DNA of 64,000 nucleotides from Octopus bimaculoides (GCF_001194135.2 NC_068991.1:59813422-59877421); one strand, 5' to 3'; shown: positions 49,772 to 62,976, counted from the stretch's first letter. Numbers and translations are program-made. Notes: generated from the sequence alone by a model not told the origin.

Positions 49772-50356
49772 TACTAAATCATATATAAAAAAATTTTCTT
49801 CCTATTATTATTATTGTGTTCAAATTCTACTGAGGTCAGCTTTGCTTTTCATCCTTTTGGGGTTGATAAATTAAGTACCAGTGAAACACTGAGGTCAATG
49901 TAAATTTCAGGCCTTGTGGTTGTAGTAGTAGGATGATTATTATTATTATTCTCACTAATGCGTGTCCTTGTATTGTTCTCCTCCTCCTTTGCCCTTGTGG
50001 CAAATAAATGAAATCATCATCATGATCATTACCATCATCATCATTATTTTTTCTGTCTTTCATTTGTAATCTTATTTTGGGTTAGAACAATGCTACATTG
50101 CATCTGCCTATGGTTATCAATCTTAACACTTAATTAAATCATTTTTACACTACATACAAGCAATATAATTTTCTATCTAGGTGTGTGTGTGTGAAGGCAA
50201 TCCAGAACAGGTTTGGAAACTGCTAACCAGTATTTATTAAAATTAAAAAAAATATATATATACACTATGGATACAAGCAACAAAATTATGATCTAACATA
50301 CTCAGCAGAATTCAACCACAGTAATGCTTTCTCTTATATCATTTAGAGACAGAGAG

Positions 50357-50449
<93 letters not shown>

Positions 50450-50764
50450 AGTTCATTAAACCCATATAATGAATGCAGTGGTATCTGAACAGATACTTAC
50501 AGTCTTAAGTTAGGATATATTTGTAGATGGCTTAGCAATATATTTATAAAGATATTATATGTAATAGCCTTTTCTCAAGTAATTATTTTTATATGTAAAA
50601 TCATAAAACTCACTTCTGTGCATCATCACCATCATCACTACACATGCACACAAACATACACAGGCTCACATACACACACACTAATATTCGCTATAATGTC
50701 AAGTTTTCATAGAAACAATTTTGCATTAAACTAAAGAATTGTTCAATATTTTTTGTAGATTACA

Positions 50765-50915
50765 TATCTAATGTTTTTTTAACAAAAATAGTAGATAGTG
50801 ACTTTCAGGTTTCACCCTTCATCTGACTTCACGGTCTGATGAAAGCCAAGGAGGCTGCAACTTCCAAGTCACTGTCAATACTATTTTTGTTAAAAAAAAA
50901 AAATAAATAGATAAT
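50765..50915. mobile_element. Head-to-head inverted pair of decayed hammerhead-bearing units
   Basis: Plus: ACGGT-CTGATGA-A-AGCC-AAGGA-GGCT-GCAAC-TTCCAA-GTC-ACTGT (50831-50875). Minus: CAGATGA-AGGGT-GAAAC-CTGAAA-GTC-ACTAT. Both continue into TACTATTTTTGTTAAAAAA. 10-nt spacer. Confidence 0.6.
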
Positions 50916-51206
50916 GTATATATATATATGCATATATATGTATATATATGTTTATATGTATGTATGTATATATATATATTTATATATGTATGTATATATA
51001 TGTCGAAACGCCTGTGTTAGAATGGGGTAGCTGATGAAGGAAAATGTTCTCTATGTGGCCTGTGTGTGTTCTGTACTCTGGTTATTATTATTTTTTTGTC
51101 TATGTTTTGTTTGCAATGTTCTGTACCCAGATATGCACCTATATATACAGGTGGACGTAGGTTTGCACATACCTGTACGTGTATATGCAGATACTCATTT
51201 ATTATT

Positions 51207-51257
<51 letters not shown>

Positions 51258-51336
51258 TATGTATGTATATACATGTATGTATGTATATACATGTATGTAT
51301 ATGTATATGTGTATATATGTATGTATAAATATGCAG

Positions 51337-51373
<37 letters not shown>

Positions 51374-51454
51374 GTAAATATTTATATCTATGTATGTATA
51401 TATATATGTTTATATATCTATATATATATATATATATATGTATATGTGTATATA

Positions 51455-51610
51455 TCATCATCATCATCATCATCATCGTTTAACGTCCGCTTTCCATGCT
51501 AGCATGGGTTGGACGATTTGACTGAGGACTGGTGAAACCGGATGGCAACACCAGGCTCCAGTCTGATTTGGCAGAGTTTCTACAGCTGGATGCCCTTCCT
51601 AACGCCAAAT
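51455..51610 (-). mobile_element. Well-preserved 3' part of a family B SINE-like repeat with (ATG)n tail
   Basis: (CAT)nCGTTTAACGTCCGCTTTCCATGCTAGCATGGGTTGGACG...CTACAGCTGGATGCCCTTCCTAACGCCAA. Relatives at ~17465, 18695, 19455, 22420, 36870, 38340, 42800, 48740 and 63640. Confidence 0.8.
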
Positions 51611-51614
51611 ATGT

Positions 51615-51672
<58 letters not shown>

Positions 51673-51705
51673 GTGTGTATATATATATATATGTATATAT
51701 ATGTG

Positions 51706-51784
<79 letters not shown>

Positions 51785-53287
51785 TTATTTTTCTATGTAT
51801 ATATATGCATTTTCTTTCTCTCTCATAGACACGCATGCGCGCGCGCATACACACACACACACACACGCATGCACAGCAATGTAAATTTGGATTTGGTAGA
51901 ATTTTGGCATATTCTTTATGCAGCACTGATATATAAATTTCCAACTAATCTACATATGAAGGCTGGTATTTAATGCAGTCCATTGCTGCAGGAAGTTCAG
52001 GTATTGATCTCTGATAGAATGAATTGATGTGTTTTTGTAGAGCAACACTGATGTTGACGATATCAGTATAGCATAAGTTACATTTGTTTCTGTACCAATC
52101 TGCTTTGAGTCACATTATGAACATATAATTATGTGTGGTGAAGACTTGCTTAAAACTTTCATTATGGCACGTCTTTAGACACCTAACAAGCTCAGCTGTT
52201 ATTCATGAAATGTGAAAAAGATATTTATTATTCCTTATATATTTCCATAGCCCTTCTATCAATGAGCAACTCAGTGGCTGGGCCTGTTTTCATGGTAGAT
52301 TGCAGACTACATTGCATAAAAGCACCGTCTGACGATGGCAAAAGCTGTTTTAGGAAGTTTACATACATTTGGACAAGATTCTGTAGTGCACAAAAAAAAA
52401 AAAAGAAAAATAGAAAAAAAGGAAAGACTTTTTTTCAAAATTATTGAAACATTACTGATAAATGCTCTAGTTTTAAATGTGTTTTTCTTTTTATTAAAAG
52501 TAAGTGGAAGAAAAAGTATGTCTTTATAGGCATAGCTATGACATTAAGAAATTCACTTTGCAACCACATAGATTCTGGTTCAGTACCTTGAGCAAGTGAC
52601 TTCAGTTAAAGCCCTGCATCAACCAATGCTTTGTGAGTGAAGTGGGCAGGTGGAAACTATGGAAGCCCATTGTGTATGTGTGTGCATGTATTTATATGTG
52701 TATATATGTGTGTGTGTGAGAAGGTAGAATTGGTTGAAGTCTTTGGTGTAGAATTTGGTAGACTGAGACAACTGGGGTGATAGAGGAGGAAACACATGTT
52801 GCATTGGCTGGGTAGGGTTGATGTGTAGATTCCTAATTCAAAGGAGCAGGAATTATTGTAGTAGCAGAAGAGACAAAAAGGGAACAGAGTGCAATGTTGT
52901 ATGTTAATTGGGATCAATTAACATACAATTTGGAAAAATCTAGATCCTTTTATAAATTTTGGATTCTGGGATACCTTTAAAAGATTTTGGGTATTGTTGA
53001 ATAAGTGTCCTTTCTACGATAAAATGACATTGTTTATTCAGTACATGAACAATTTCAAGGCAATGGAAAGACACACTATCTCTCTCTCTCTCACACACAC
53101 ACATGGCAGGCATCCTGCAGTTTCTGTTTTCCAATTCCACTTATATGACTTTGATCAGACCAAGACTGTAGTAAAAGACATCTACTCACAATACCACATA
53201 CAAGGAATGAACCCAAAATTACATAGTTGTGATGTAAGCTTCTTCCTCATACAGCCATGACAACACTTATATATATATATTCTCACA

Positions 53288-53615
53288 GTGAAGGCATTAT
53301 AGCTCAGTGGTTAGAGCATCGAGTTTACAATCATGAGGTTGTGAGTTTGATGCCTGGACTGGACTGTGTATTGTGTTCTTGAGCAATATACTTCATTTCA
53401 TGTTGCTCCAGTTCACTCAGTTGTAGAAATGAGTTGCAACATTACTGGTGCCAAGCTGTATCAGCCTTTGCTTTTCCTTTAGACAATATCAGTGTCATGG
53501 AGAGAGGAAACAGGCATGCATTGGTGACTGTTGGTCTTCCATAAACAACCTTGCCTGGACTTGGGCAACTTTCTTGGTGCAATCCATTGTTATTCATGAC
53601 TGAAGAGGTATTTAC
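53288..53615 (+). mobile_element. tRNA-derived SINE, family D
   Basis: TAGCTCAGTGGTTAGAGC head and degenerate B box. Body colinear with the 45240 copy. Confidence 0.8.
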
Positions 53616-54208
53616 CATTATATAATCTCACTGTATCAAATTAGATTATCGGACATTGTTATACACCTCTGGATACAATGTGCTTCTTTGTAGCTTTCAA
53701 ATAATGCCACCTTGCTAACTAAGCAAGCAGCCCCCCTCTCCCCACCCCTCACACCATCTTTGGAACACTAGTCTTGCAGAGTTACCAATTTACAGCTGAA
53801 TTAATAAGGGCAATTGAAATGAAGTGTTTTGCTCAAGAACACAATCCACCACTAGTTTAGGAATTTAAACATGATCACTAAGTCACATGTCTTTGCACAC
53901 AGACGCAGACACATACACATGTGAGAGAGAGAGAAATGTAAAAATGTATGCTTCAAATTTTGTGTATGTACAATGCCTGTATATTTATGTATGTTGGTAA
54001 TTAAAAAGTAATAAGAACATGTTGGTTTTTTTTTATATACTAAATTTATGCAGCTCAGATTACAATGTGTATATGTGTTTTTGTATATGTCTATGTAATG
54101 TTGTTTTAATGACTAACATTTATTGTTTGATGATGGCTCTATTCACCCACCACCTTTCAGAATGTATGTGTGGGTTAGTTTGTTTGTCCTGGGATGTGAA
54201 ATACTCAC

Positions 54209-54242
54209 TACCTCTGAGTACTTGAAGACTGGGATATTGTGT
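54209..54242 (-). CDS. Candidate minus-strand microexon (34 nt)
   Basis: Acceptor TATTTTCCCCCAG, donor GTA|GTGAGT. All three frames are open (HNIPVFKYSEV / TQYPSLQVLR / TISQSSSTQR). Confidence 0.25.
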
Positions 54243-54559
54243 CTGGGGGAAAATATAATCAAATTATATAGAAAAATATTGTCAGACAATAGTAAAAGCT
54301 GTTTGGGAAGGGTACACATGTTTGAACAAGACAAATGTAATGTGTATGACTCTATAGTGTGCAAAAAAACCTCCCAAAACACAAATCTTTTTCTGTTGCC
54401 AAAATGTTTATTGTCAAAACAAAACATGGGTAATAAATGGTCTTATTTAAAAAAAATTTTTCTTTACTTGTTTCAGTCATTTGACTGCAGCCATGCTGGG
54501 GCACTGTCTTGAATGGTTTAGTAAAAAAAAAAAGATTGAACTCAGGACTTAGTTTTTAA

Positions 54560-54780
54560 CCCTTTAGCATTTAAACCGGCCATATCCGGCCAAAAGTATT
54601 CTGCCTGTTTTATACTCAAACTGGCCAGATCTAGTCTCTCACACCAATCCTACAATATCGTTTTAAAAATTAACAGCTACCTCATCAAAATCTCATAGCT
54701 ACAAGGTAATGCATGATTAGTTCAAAACAATGTGGATAAAAAAGCATTAACTTTGGCAGAATAATGTGAACACGAAAGGG
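54560..54780. mobile_element. piggyBac-type MITE inserted into a family A SINE
   Basis: TTAA|CCCTTTAGCATT...CACGAAAGGG|TTAA. SINE sequence resumes on both sides. Confidence 0.85.
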
Positions 54781-56788
54781 TTAAGCCTGGTACTTATTCC
54801 ATGATCTGTTTTGCTGAACTGCTAAGTTTAGGGGGGGTGTAAACAAAACAACACTGGTTGTCATGCAGTGTTGGGTGGGTGTGACAAACAGACACAAACA
54901 CACCTACACACAGATATTATATACATACTGGATAAGCTTCATTCAGTCTATGTCTACCAAATCCACTTGCAAGACTTTGGTCAGCCTGGGGGTTATAGTA
55001 GAACCCCCAAGGGGCCATGTAGTGAAGCTGAACTTAGATCACATGGTTGGGAAGTAAGCTTCTTTACCACAGAGCCATGTCTGTGATCAAAAACATTCCA
55101 GCTGTTAACATTCTGTCCTTTTGTACATGCAAAACTACACTGTGCAGTGAAGCTAGACGGGGTATATGGCTGCTATTTCTATAGGTGGAGCAACCGATCC
55201 CTTCATCAGTTTGTTTGATGTCTTTGTTGTTTGTGTCGATGCTTCAACGATATCTTCATTAAAACATGAAAAGATTTTCATGACTAAGATTTTCCATTAA
55301 TATGAATCAAATTTATATCAAATAATGATTTATACTGAAATTACACTGCATGTCATAAGATGGTCATTGTTTAGACCATGATCTGTTTCACAGCACTGAG
55401 CCAATGGGTCAACCTCTACATGGGTCAAGGCTTGGCTGTATGGTTAGGAAGCTTGCCTTGCAAACACCTGGTTTTGGGTTCAGTACTAGTGCTCCACCTT
55501 GGTCAAATATCTTCTATTTTAGCGTCAGGCTGACCAATGCGTTGTAAGTGAATTTGATAAACTGAAAATGTGTGGAAGTCCATTGTGTGCGTGTAATATA
55601 TGTTTATATTTTTCTGTGTGCCCCCCCCTCCCACTTCTTGGCAACTAGTAACAGTTTACATTTGTCCCTATAACTTAGTGGTTTCAGCAAAGAGACTGAT
55701 TGAATAAATATCTTTTACCTTTATTTTTTATTATTTGTTTCAGTTATTAGCGGCCATGGTAGAGCATTGCTTTAAAGAATTTTTAGTTGAATGTATTGAC
55801 CCCAATACTTATTTCTTTACACCCTGGTACTTATTCTATTGGTCTCTTTTGCTGAAATACTAGCACCAGTTGTCAAGCAGTGGTGGGGAGACATCACAGA
55901 AACAAAGACACACACAGATATATATATATATATATATATATATACACGCACACACACATGTATATATACATATACGACAGACTTCTTTCATTTCCGTTTA
56001 CTGAATCCACTCTCAAGACTTTGGTCAGCCCGAGGCTATAGTAGAAGACATTTGCCCAAGATTCCACACAGTGGGACTGTACCCAGAACCATGTGGTTGC
56101 GAAGCAGACTTCTTATCACACCTGTGCCTGCCCCTAGTCTTAAAAAATAAAACATGGCTGCAGTCCAATGATTGAAACAAATAAAAGGTAACAGATAAAA
56201 GAAAATGATACTGAGAACATGATATACAACTCCCCTTCCCCCTCACACACACAATCCGTGTAGTTATCAGGATGATGATATTTCAGTGTAGGGCTTTAAA
56301 TCTGATAGCTGCTTTCTGAAAAGCATTAGCAGCAAGTAAAGAGAGAGAGAGAGAGAAAGAGAGAAAAATTACATTAGGTAAGAATCAAAACTGGGTTGTG
56401 GACCCAACTCACTTCCAATGATTTATTTTATACTTGTTGGCATTTACATGAAGTCTTTAATGAATTCCCTAAGGACAAAAGATTATGAAATATTAAGCAT
56501 GAACACATTCTGGTTTATGTTATAATTTCACATCTTTAATATTTTATCTCTCTAGAAGGTGGTGAGCTGGCAGAATTGTTAGTGGTATTTCGTCCATTTT
56601 TATGTTCTGAGTTCAAATTCGCCTTTCATCCTTTCAGGGGTTGATAAAATAATTATCAAAATCAATATTTTAATTTACTGTTTGATTTTTATCATTATGT
56701 ATTTTATTGTTTTAATTAGCTAAGTCATTTAGATTATTTTTAATGAAGAAAAGCGAAGCAGTCAAATTAACATGAAAATATATCTTAA

Positions 56789-57250
56789 CCCTTTGCCTGT
56801 CCTAAACCTCCATACTCGTTTTCAGACTTTTGGTTAGCCCTTGTTTCAAACATTCTGAGCAATATAAAACTTTTCGTTCATAAGTTCCAAGTCACTCTGG
56901 TATTTGAAAATAAATTGGGAATCTGTTTCATGTATGATGCATGGATTCCAGGGGAAAATATGTCCTGTATATCATATGTGATACAGAAGACAGGCAAAAG
57001 CGGATTGAAATCTCAGTTGATTTAACCCTTTAACATTCAGATTTCTCTTTCAAATGTATTGTTTATTTATTCACATTGTTTTGAATCAATCATGATAATG
57101 CATATCTCATACCGCCAAAATTTTAGTTATGCGATTGTTTACTTTTAGAATGACATTGTAGTATAGGTGTGAGAGGCTGAATCTGGCTGGTTTGAACATA
57201 AACCAGGCAGAATATTTAGGCCAGCTATGGCCGGTTTAAATGCTAAATGG
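56789..57250. mobile_element. Two adjacent piggyBac-type MITEs (56789-~57003 and 57026-57250)
   Basis: TTAA|CCCTTTGCCTGTC...GACAGGCAAAAG and TTAA|CCCTTTAACATT...ATGCTAAATGG|CTAA. Confidence 0.75.
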
Positions 57251-57936
57251 CTAATGTTTGAATATTGATCATTGTTTTGTTTTTAATTAGCTATGTCATT
57301 TTAATTATTTCTTTTTTCCTGAATAAAAATGAAACAGTCAAATTAACACTAAAATTATATCTTAAGTGGAAATCTCAGTTGATTTATAAATGTCAAAGTC
57401 AAAATATCAAACATCACGTTCAAAACCATTGTTGTCAGCTAACAGATAGATCTTTATCACATCTGATACTACACTGCCCTTTTACTACTATTATCATCAT
57501 CAACATTTTATTGTGCATCTCAATTCTGGTGTAGGTTGGCAGGGTCTGCTGTATCATCACTCGTCTTGACCTTTTGTCATTTCATCTCTGACACCGACCC
57601 AACATCCTGAGATTTGACCTCACCACTTCTTCCCACATCTATCTCAGTCTCTTTTTTAAGAGTACCCTACACTGACAGCATACAGAGTACCCTACATTGA
57701 CAGCGTTCACATTGTGTATCTATATTTCTCTTCTATACTTCCTTTGATATCTTGTGACTTTTAAGCATTCATTTTTCTCGGTCAAATGTAATGCTCATTT
57801 ATTCACATTGTTTTGAATTGATCATGCAATATCTTGTAGCTTTCAGATTCCATTGATGTAATTGCTTATTTTTAGAATGATATTGTAGGGTAGGCATGAA
57901 AGTCTGGGATCTGGCCAGTGTTAACATAACAGGTAA

Positions 57937-58502
57937 ACTAGAAACGTACTCAGAAAGCACAGACCTCTGCCAAGCAGCTCATTTCCACCCATATATATGC
58001 ATGCTGAAAATCACCCAATTTCTCAAACTAATGCTGGCAAAAACATAACCTCCTTGGCGGGGTTAAAGAAAAAAATAACACAGCCATATGATTTAAAAAA
58101 AAAAAACCCTTTAAAAACAGGAATCATCTGACGCAGTTATAATACATCAATGACAATAGCTAGCTAGTTTCACCATACAACTAAAAAGAAACAACAATTA
58201 CCTAAAACTTGAGTGATACACACACAAGTAAAATTACTAATAGAGAAATGAAAATAAACTTTGGAAACAGCAATGCCATCATAAGTTACGTGGAAATGAT
58301 GAATGTGTTTTCATGGGAGATAATCAAAGAACGTAACATTGTAATACTTCATGTAAAGTAAATATAACGTGAAAAATCCTTCAAGAATCCATAAAAATTC
58401 CCAGATCACTACCACTTTTTGAGTTATTTTGCACATAGACAGAGGGACTGACGGACACACCAACGCCAATGAAAACATAACTTCCTTCCTTGGCGGAGGT
58501 AA
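57937..58502 (+). mobile_element. Helentron/HINE-like non-autonomous element(s) splitting a piggyBac-type MITE
   Basis: Starts AACTAGAAACG. Subterminal GACCTCTGCCAAG is inverted to CTTGGCGGAGGT. 3' stem-loop ACCTCC-TTGGC-GG(A/G)GT occurs at ~58045 and a variant at ~58485. MITE halves lie at 57760-57935 and 58505-58545. Confidence 0.45.
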
Positions 58503-59426
58503 ATACTCGAGTTAGATATGGCTGGTCAAAATGCTAAAGGTTTAATGATTAGTTGCTCTCTCTCCCCTCTCTTTCAGAATGATTTCTGTTCCATTTTTCA
58601 AGCATACGTACATACACACACAGACATGTGCTTGTATGTATACACATGTGCGCACTTTCAGTGTTTGATTTTATTTTCTAATATTTGCATTAAGATTTTG
58701 TCACTGTGATACTAAAACACAACTTTTATCTTGGAACCAAACCAATTTTTCTCAAGGATTAGATATTGCTGCTATCAGTTGATTCCACCTCACTGTATCA
58801 CTGGTACTGTTTTTTTTTTTCATTATCAATCCTGAAATCTGAACATAGCATGTAGTAACTCAAAAGAAATACTATAATTAATGCATGTAGCCTGGCACTA
58901 AATTTGGCCAACACTGCAACAAATCCTGTTCCTTGACAAAAAAAAAATCTTAATATTCCTAACCAATTAAGCGTCTTGTTTATTATTAAGTTAATTAAAT
59001 TACAGTGACGCAAACTAAATATCCTATTTTGCTATAAGGCAAGAAAACAATTAGGGATTAAGACCTCTTGAAGTAGTTCTCTTCCTAATTTGATATAAGC
59101 TCTTTACTGAATTATTTACTCCTTATCTCATATTCTTTTCCTTCACTGTCACTCATTTTTTTTTTTATTATTCAAAGTGTCGTTCTTAAATAAAGACAAA
59201 ATCTATAATTCTTATCCTGTTATTGGTCCCAACCAATTATTATGCTCCTTAAATGGTCTTAAAAAAATCTGGCTTCACTGTTTTTAAGTTGCTGCAGGAC
59301 TACTTTTCTTTCATATATGAAGTTTTTGATATTTATATATATTTTTTTGACTTTACATTTTCTTTATTGATCTTCTCAAAGTAGTTAATGATAATAATAC
59401 CCATGGATTCTCAGCAATAAAGTTAC

Positions 59427-59468
59427 CTGCATCATTTATTTTGCTGGAGAAATTATTATCAGAATTAG
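59427..59468 (-). CDS. Candidate minus-strand microexon (A)NSDNNFSSKINDA (42 nt, phase 1-1)
   Basis: Acceptor CCCTTTTCCTACAG, donor CAG|GTAACT, symmetric and open. Confidence 0.35.
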
Positions 59469-60461
59469 CTGTAGGAAAAGGGATTAACTCTAAGAAAAAC
59501 CCATTAAAGATATATTTAATTGGCCCTTTACAGTTTATGTAATTTTCACTAAGCATTTTATATTTTATTTATTTTTGCTATTAGGGCTGAGAAGCTAGAG
59601 CAGAAATGGTAGTTTTGGACTAAATACTAGACAGCATTTAGTGATTCCCAGTTCAGTTGTCAATAAAATTGACTTTGCTGTTCACCCCCTCTTGGTTTCA
59701 GTAATATAAATACGATTGTGTCAGTTCAATCGACTTGTAATCTGTCCTCTACTAATCTATTGCCTATTGCTAATATAAAGAATAAATATTATTGTTCTCA
59801 TTGTTTTACTGCTACATCTTTACATGCAAGCAAAAGGATGTGTGAAAATTTGTCTATTTGCATATTAATTGGCTTTATATCTAGATATCTTGATAGGTGC
59901 TGATGGGGCTGTGTGATTACACACACACACACACGCATTCATAAAAGGCTTCAAAATAGTATCTGTCTATAAAATTCCATTCAAAAGGCATTGGTCAACT
60001 GTAGCAGTGGAATCAAATCTTGAACCATGTGGTCGCCAAGTTAAACCATTTTAATTTTAAAAGGAAACTTAATTTAATTCTCCATCCAGATTTCTATTAT
60101 ATAATGTTTTTTTTTTAGAGAAACAAATATCCAAAATACTTCTAGTTTAATTTCTTTTCCAGAAAATACTTTAAAAATAAACTACAAGGTAAAATGTTTG
60201 GACTGGCTATGTGGTAAGAAGCTTGCTTCCCAACCACATGGTCCTAGGTTCAGTCACTCTGCATAGTACCTTGGGCAAGTGTCTTCTACTATAGCTGACC
60301 AAAATTTTGTAAGTGGATCTGGTTGACAAAAAATGAAAAAGCCCATATATATATATATATATATATANNNNNNNNNNNNNNNNNNNNNNNNNNNNNNNNN
60401 NNNNNNNNNNNNNNNNNNNNNNNNNNNNNNNNNNNNNNNNNNNNNNNNNNNNNNNNNNNNN

Positions 60462-60493
<32 letters not shown>

Positions 60494-61807
60494 TACCATG
60501 CTTAAAATATAAATAAGTACTGGGGTTGATCCATTTGACTAAAAAAAATTGTTCTAGGTGGTGCCCCAGCATGGCTGCAGTCTAATGATTTGAAGCAAGT
60601 AAAAAATAAAAGTTACCAAAACCTTTTCACACTTTTACTAATCTCAATCTGTTTTAAAGCAAAATAGATAACACACAAGTCAACAGACTCACTGAAAATT
60701 CTCACTAAAACTAGGAAAACAGTAATTTAAATTAGAAGAAAAAAAAAGCACCTTTAGAATTAAAGTTAAAACTCATTATGCAATGTAGAGAACTGATTTT
60801 AAATGGTTTAAAGAGATTAAAAATAGCAAATCATTTTATGCCATTTCAATAAGATTTTATGGAAGGAAATTTATTGTTATAAATAACAATAAATTTATAT
60901 GGCTTGTTAAAAGATATTTGAAAAGAAAACATATTTATGCTAATCAAATATATCATTATTTGAAAGTGACAATTATTATGCTTGAATATTAAACAAAGCA
61001 ATTAATTAAATAAAAATAAGAGCAAACCATTTCACTATTTGTGCTAATAAGTTTTACACACAACAACATTGTTATTGTGAGATCTAAATTAATAAAGAGA
61101 GAGAGAGAGTACTACTTAGAAATTATTATTATTATTATTTGTAAATATTTTCTATGGTATTTATTGATTTGATTCCACTTCATGACACATTCTGAGCTTT
61201 AAAATAACTCAATCAATTACAAGAAAGAACATCCAGAGAATTGGAAAACATATTTACCACAGTTAAATAATGATATAGAATAAACCTTGAACAGCAAATT
61301 ATACAATAAATATTTTTCTTTTCTTATGCACATCTTATTACAGTTAAGCTTCTAACTATTTTGCTCTACACCCTCATCCTTTTTGTTTGTTTTCTTTTGG
61401 CGTTATATATCAATAGTATTATTCAGTAGAAATTAGCAATTATTTCTATTCTAAGAGAAATAATTTGAGTCATATGTCTATATTATTTGTCTGACAGCAT
61501 CAGAAGAAGAAGAAAAATATTTCCTTGACAGCAATACCACCTGTATGTCAAAGATATCAAAGAAGCAAAATAGATGATATAATCTCTCTTAAATAGCAGG
61601 AAAGAAAATAAACCCAACAATAAAGATTTTATCATCCTTTAGATCAGATTACCATACTGTTTAGAAATTAGTAAAGCAGAGCATCATCGATAGGTTACAA
61701 ATATGATTCCATTCAAATGCAGCACCTTAGAAGATAGCAACAAATCCCATTCAGAGATTTATCATCATCATCATCACTGTTTTAACATTCACTTTTCCAT
61801 GCTTGTA

Positions 61808-62976
61808 CATAGACATGACAAAAGTAAATAGACAGTCTTAATGTGAATATCTAATATTTAATATTTAAAATGCCCTTTGCATTTTTCAGTGCAAGGACCC
61901 TATTAGGCATGCTACTGATCAGATGATGAGTATTCTCTTGATGAATTTCTTGCCAAGTTTCATAGAATAATCTCTAAAGATCTGGCTGTGAGGATGCTTT
62001 GTTGTTCTTTTTATGAGGTGTCCTGTCCATTATGCCCCAGAAGTGTTCAATAGGGTTCACGTCTAGTAACTGGCTTGGCCATGGAAGCTTTTTAATGCCA
62101 TTCTCTACCAACCAATCTTCGGTCTTTTTAGCCATGTTACATCTTCCATCTTCCATAAATAAAGTCTTTTTTTAATCATTTCACCACCAGAGAAGATTGG
62201 AAGGAGTCCTTTCTGCAATATGGACACATATTTATCTGAGTTTATGTTCCCCTCACACTCCACCAGCTCTAATTGACTATTGCTCCAAATTGTTCCCCAG
62301 ACCATCACAGAATAGCCACCGTGTTTCATTGTTGGCTGCAACCTTTTCATGTCAAATTCTTGATCACAGAGTCTCCAGACTCACACTCATCCACTGTCAG
62401 AAAATACAGCAAATTTGGACTCATCAGAGAATATGACAGTGTCCCAAAATGCAATTGGCCTCTCCACCTTCTCACTGACCCAATCTTTTCTCCACTTGAT
62501 ATTGGCTGGTTGAAGAAATGACTCCTTCTTGCTGCTCTGCCATAGTAGCCAAGTTTGTGGAGATATCTGACAGCTGTTCTGGGACTGACATCAACCTGTT
62601 CTGCTGTCAGAGGTCTTGCAATAAGGATTATCCTCCACATTTCTCCTGTCAGAGGGGCCTGGTCAACCTGGGCAAGATGATGTGAACTCCTTCCCCTCTC
62701 TGGTGAATTGCACAATGGCTCTGTTAACTGTAGAAAGCAGAATCTCAAGGTTTTATGCAATTTTACACTAAGTCCACCTTCAAATTGACTCAGAATACAG
62801 TCTCTTTGAAATTCAAACAGTTCCAAGGCTTCTTTTGTATGTGGCATGATTAAGTAGTCATGTATAGAACCTGAAACAAAAATGTCAATTAATATAAAAT
62901 ATAAACCATCTCAAGTTAAAATAAACATAAAACAATGTTTTTTTGGGGATGTCTATTTACTTCTGTCATGTCTATG
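61808..62976 (-). mobile_element. Decayed Tc1/mariner DNA transposon (DDE transposase pseudogene)
   Basis: 27-bp TIRs CATAGACATGACAAAAGTAAATAGACA (61808-61834) and its complement with 1 mismatch (62950-62976), TA/CA flanks. Frameshifted ORFs carry VSPRTAVRYLHKLGY, VIFSDESKF, PTMKHGGYSVMVWG, FMEDG and WPSQLLDVNPIEHFW. Confidence 0.92.

Noticed and set aside
51001-51060. CGAAAC...CTGATGAAGG, a possible permuted (type II) hammerhead
   Set aside because: No NUH triplet or stem I/II pairing could be built. At most a decayed fragment of a Penelope-like tail.
53288-53365. tRNA-like heads (also at ~2920-2990, 42545-42595 and 45240-45310)
   Set aside because: A and B boxes are present but the cloverleaf is broken and they run into SINE bodies, so they are not tRNA genes.
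54123-54512. 129-aa plus-strand ORF
   Set aside because: No recognisable domain, and its 3' end runs into a SINE tail.
59360-59545. Plus-strand open frame VVNDNNTHGFSAIKLPASFILLEKLLSEL...
   Set aside because: Weak splice sites. It is the antisense shadow of the better-supported minus microexon region.
61500-61545. Plus-strand 45-nt exon-like segment (A)SEEEEKYFLDSNTT with AG and GTATGT
   Set aside because: Built partly on a (GAA)n run, with no partner exon or homology. Too weak to call.
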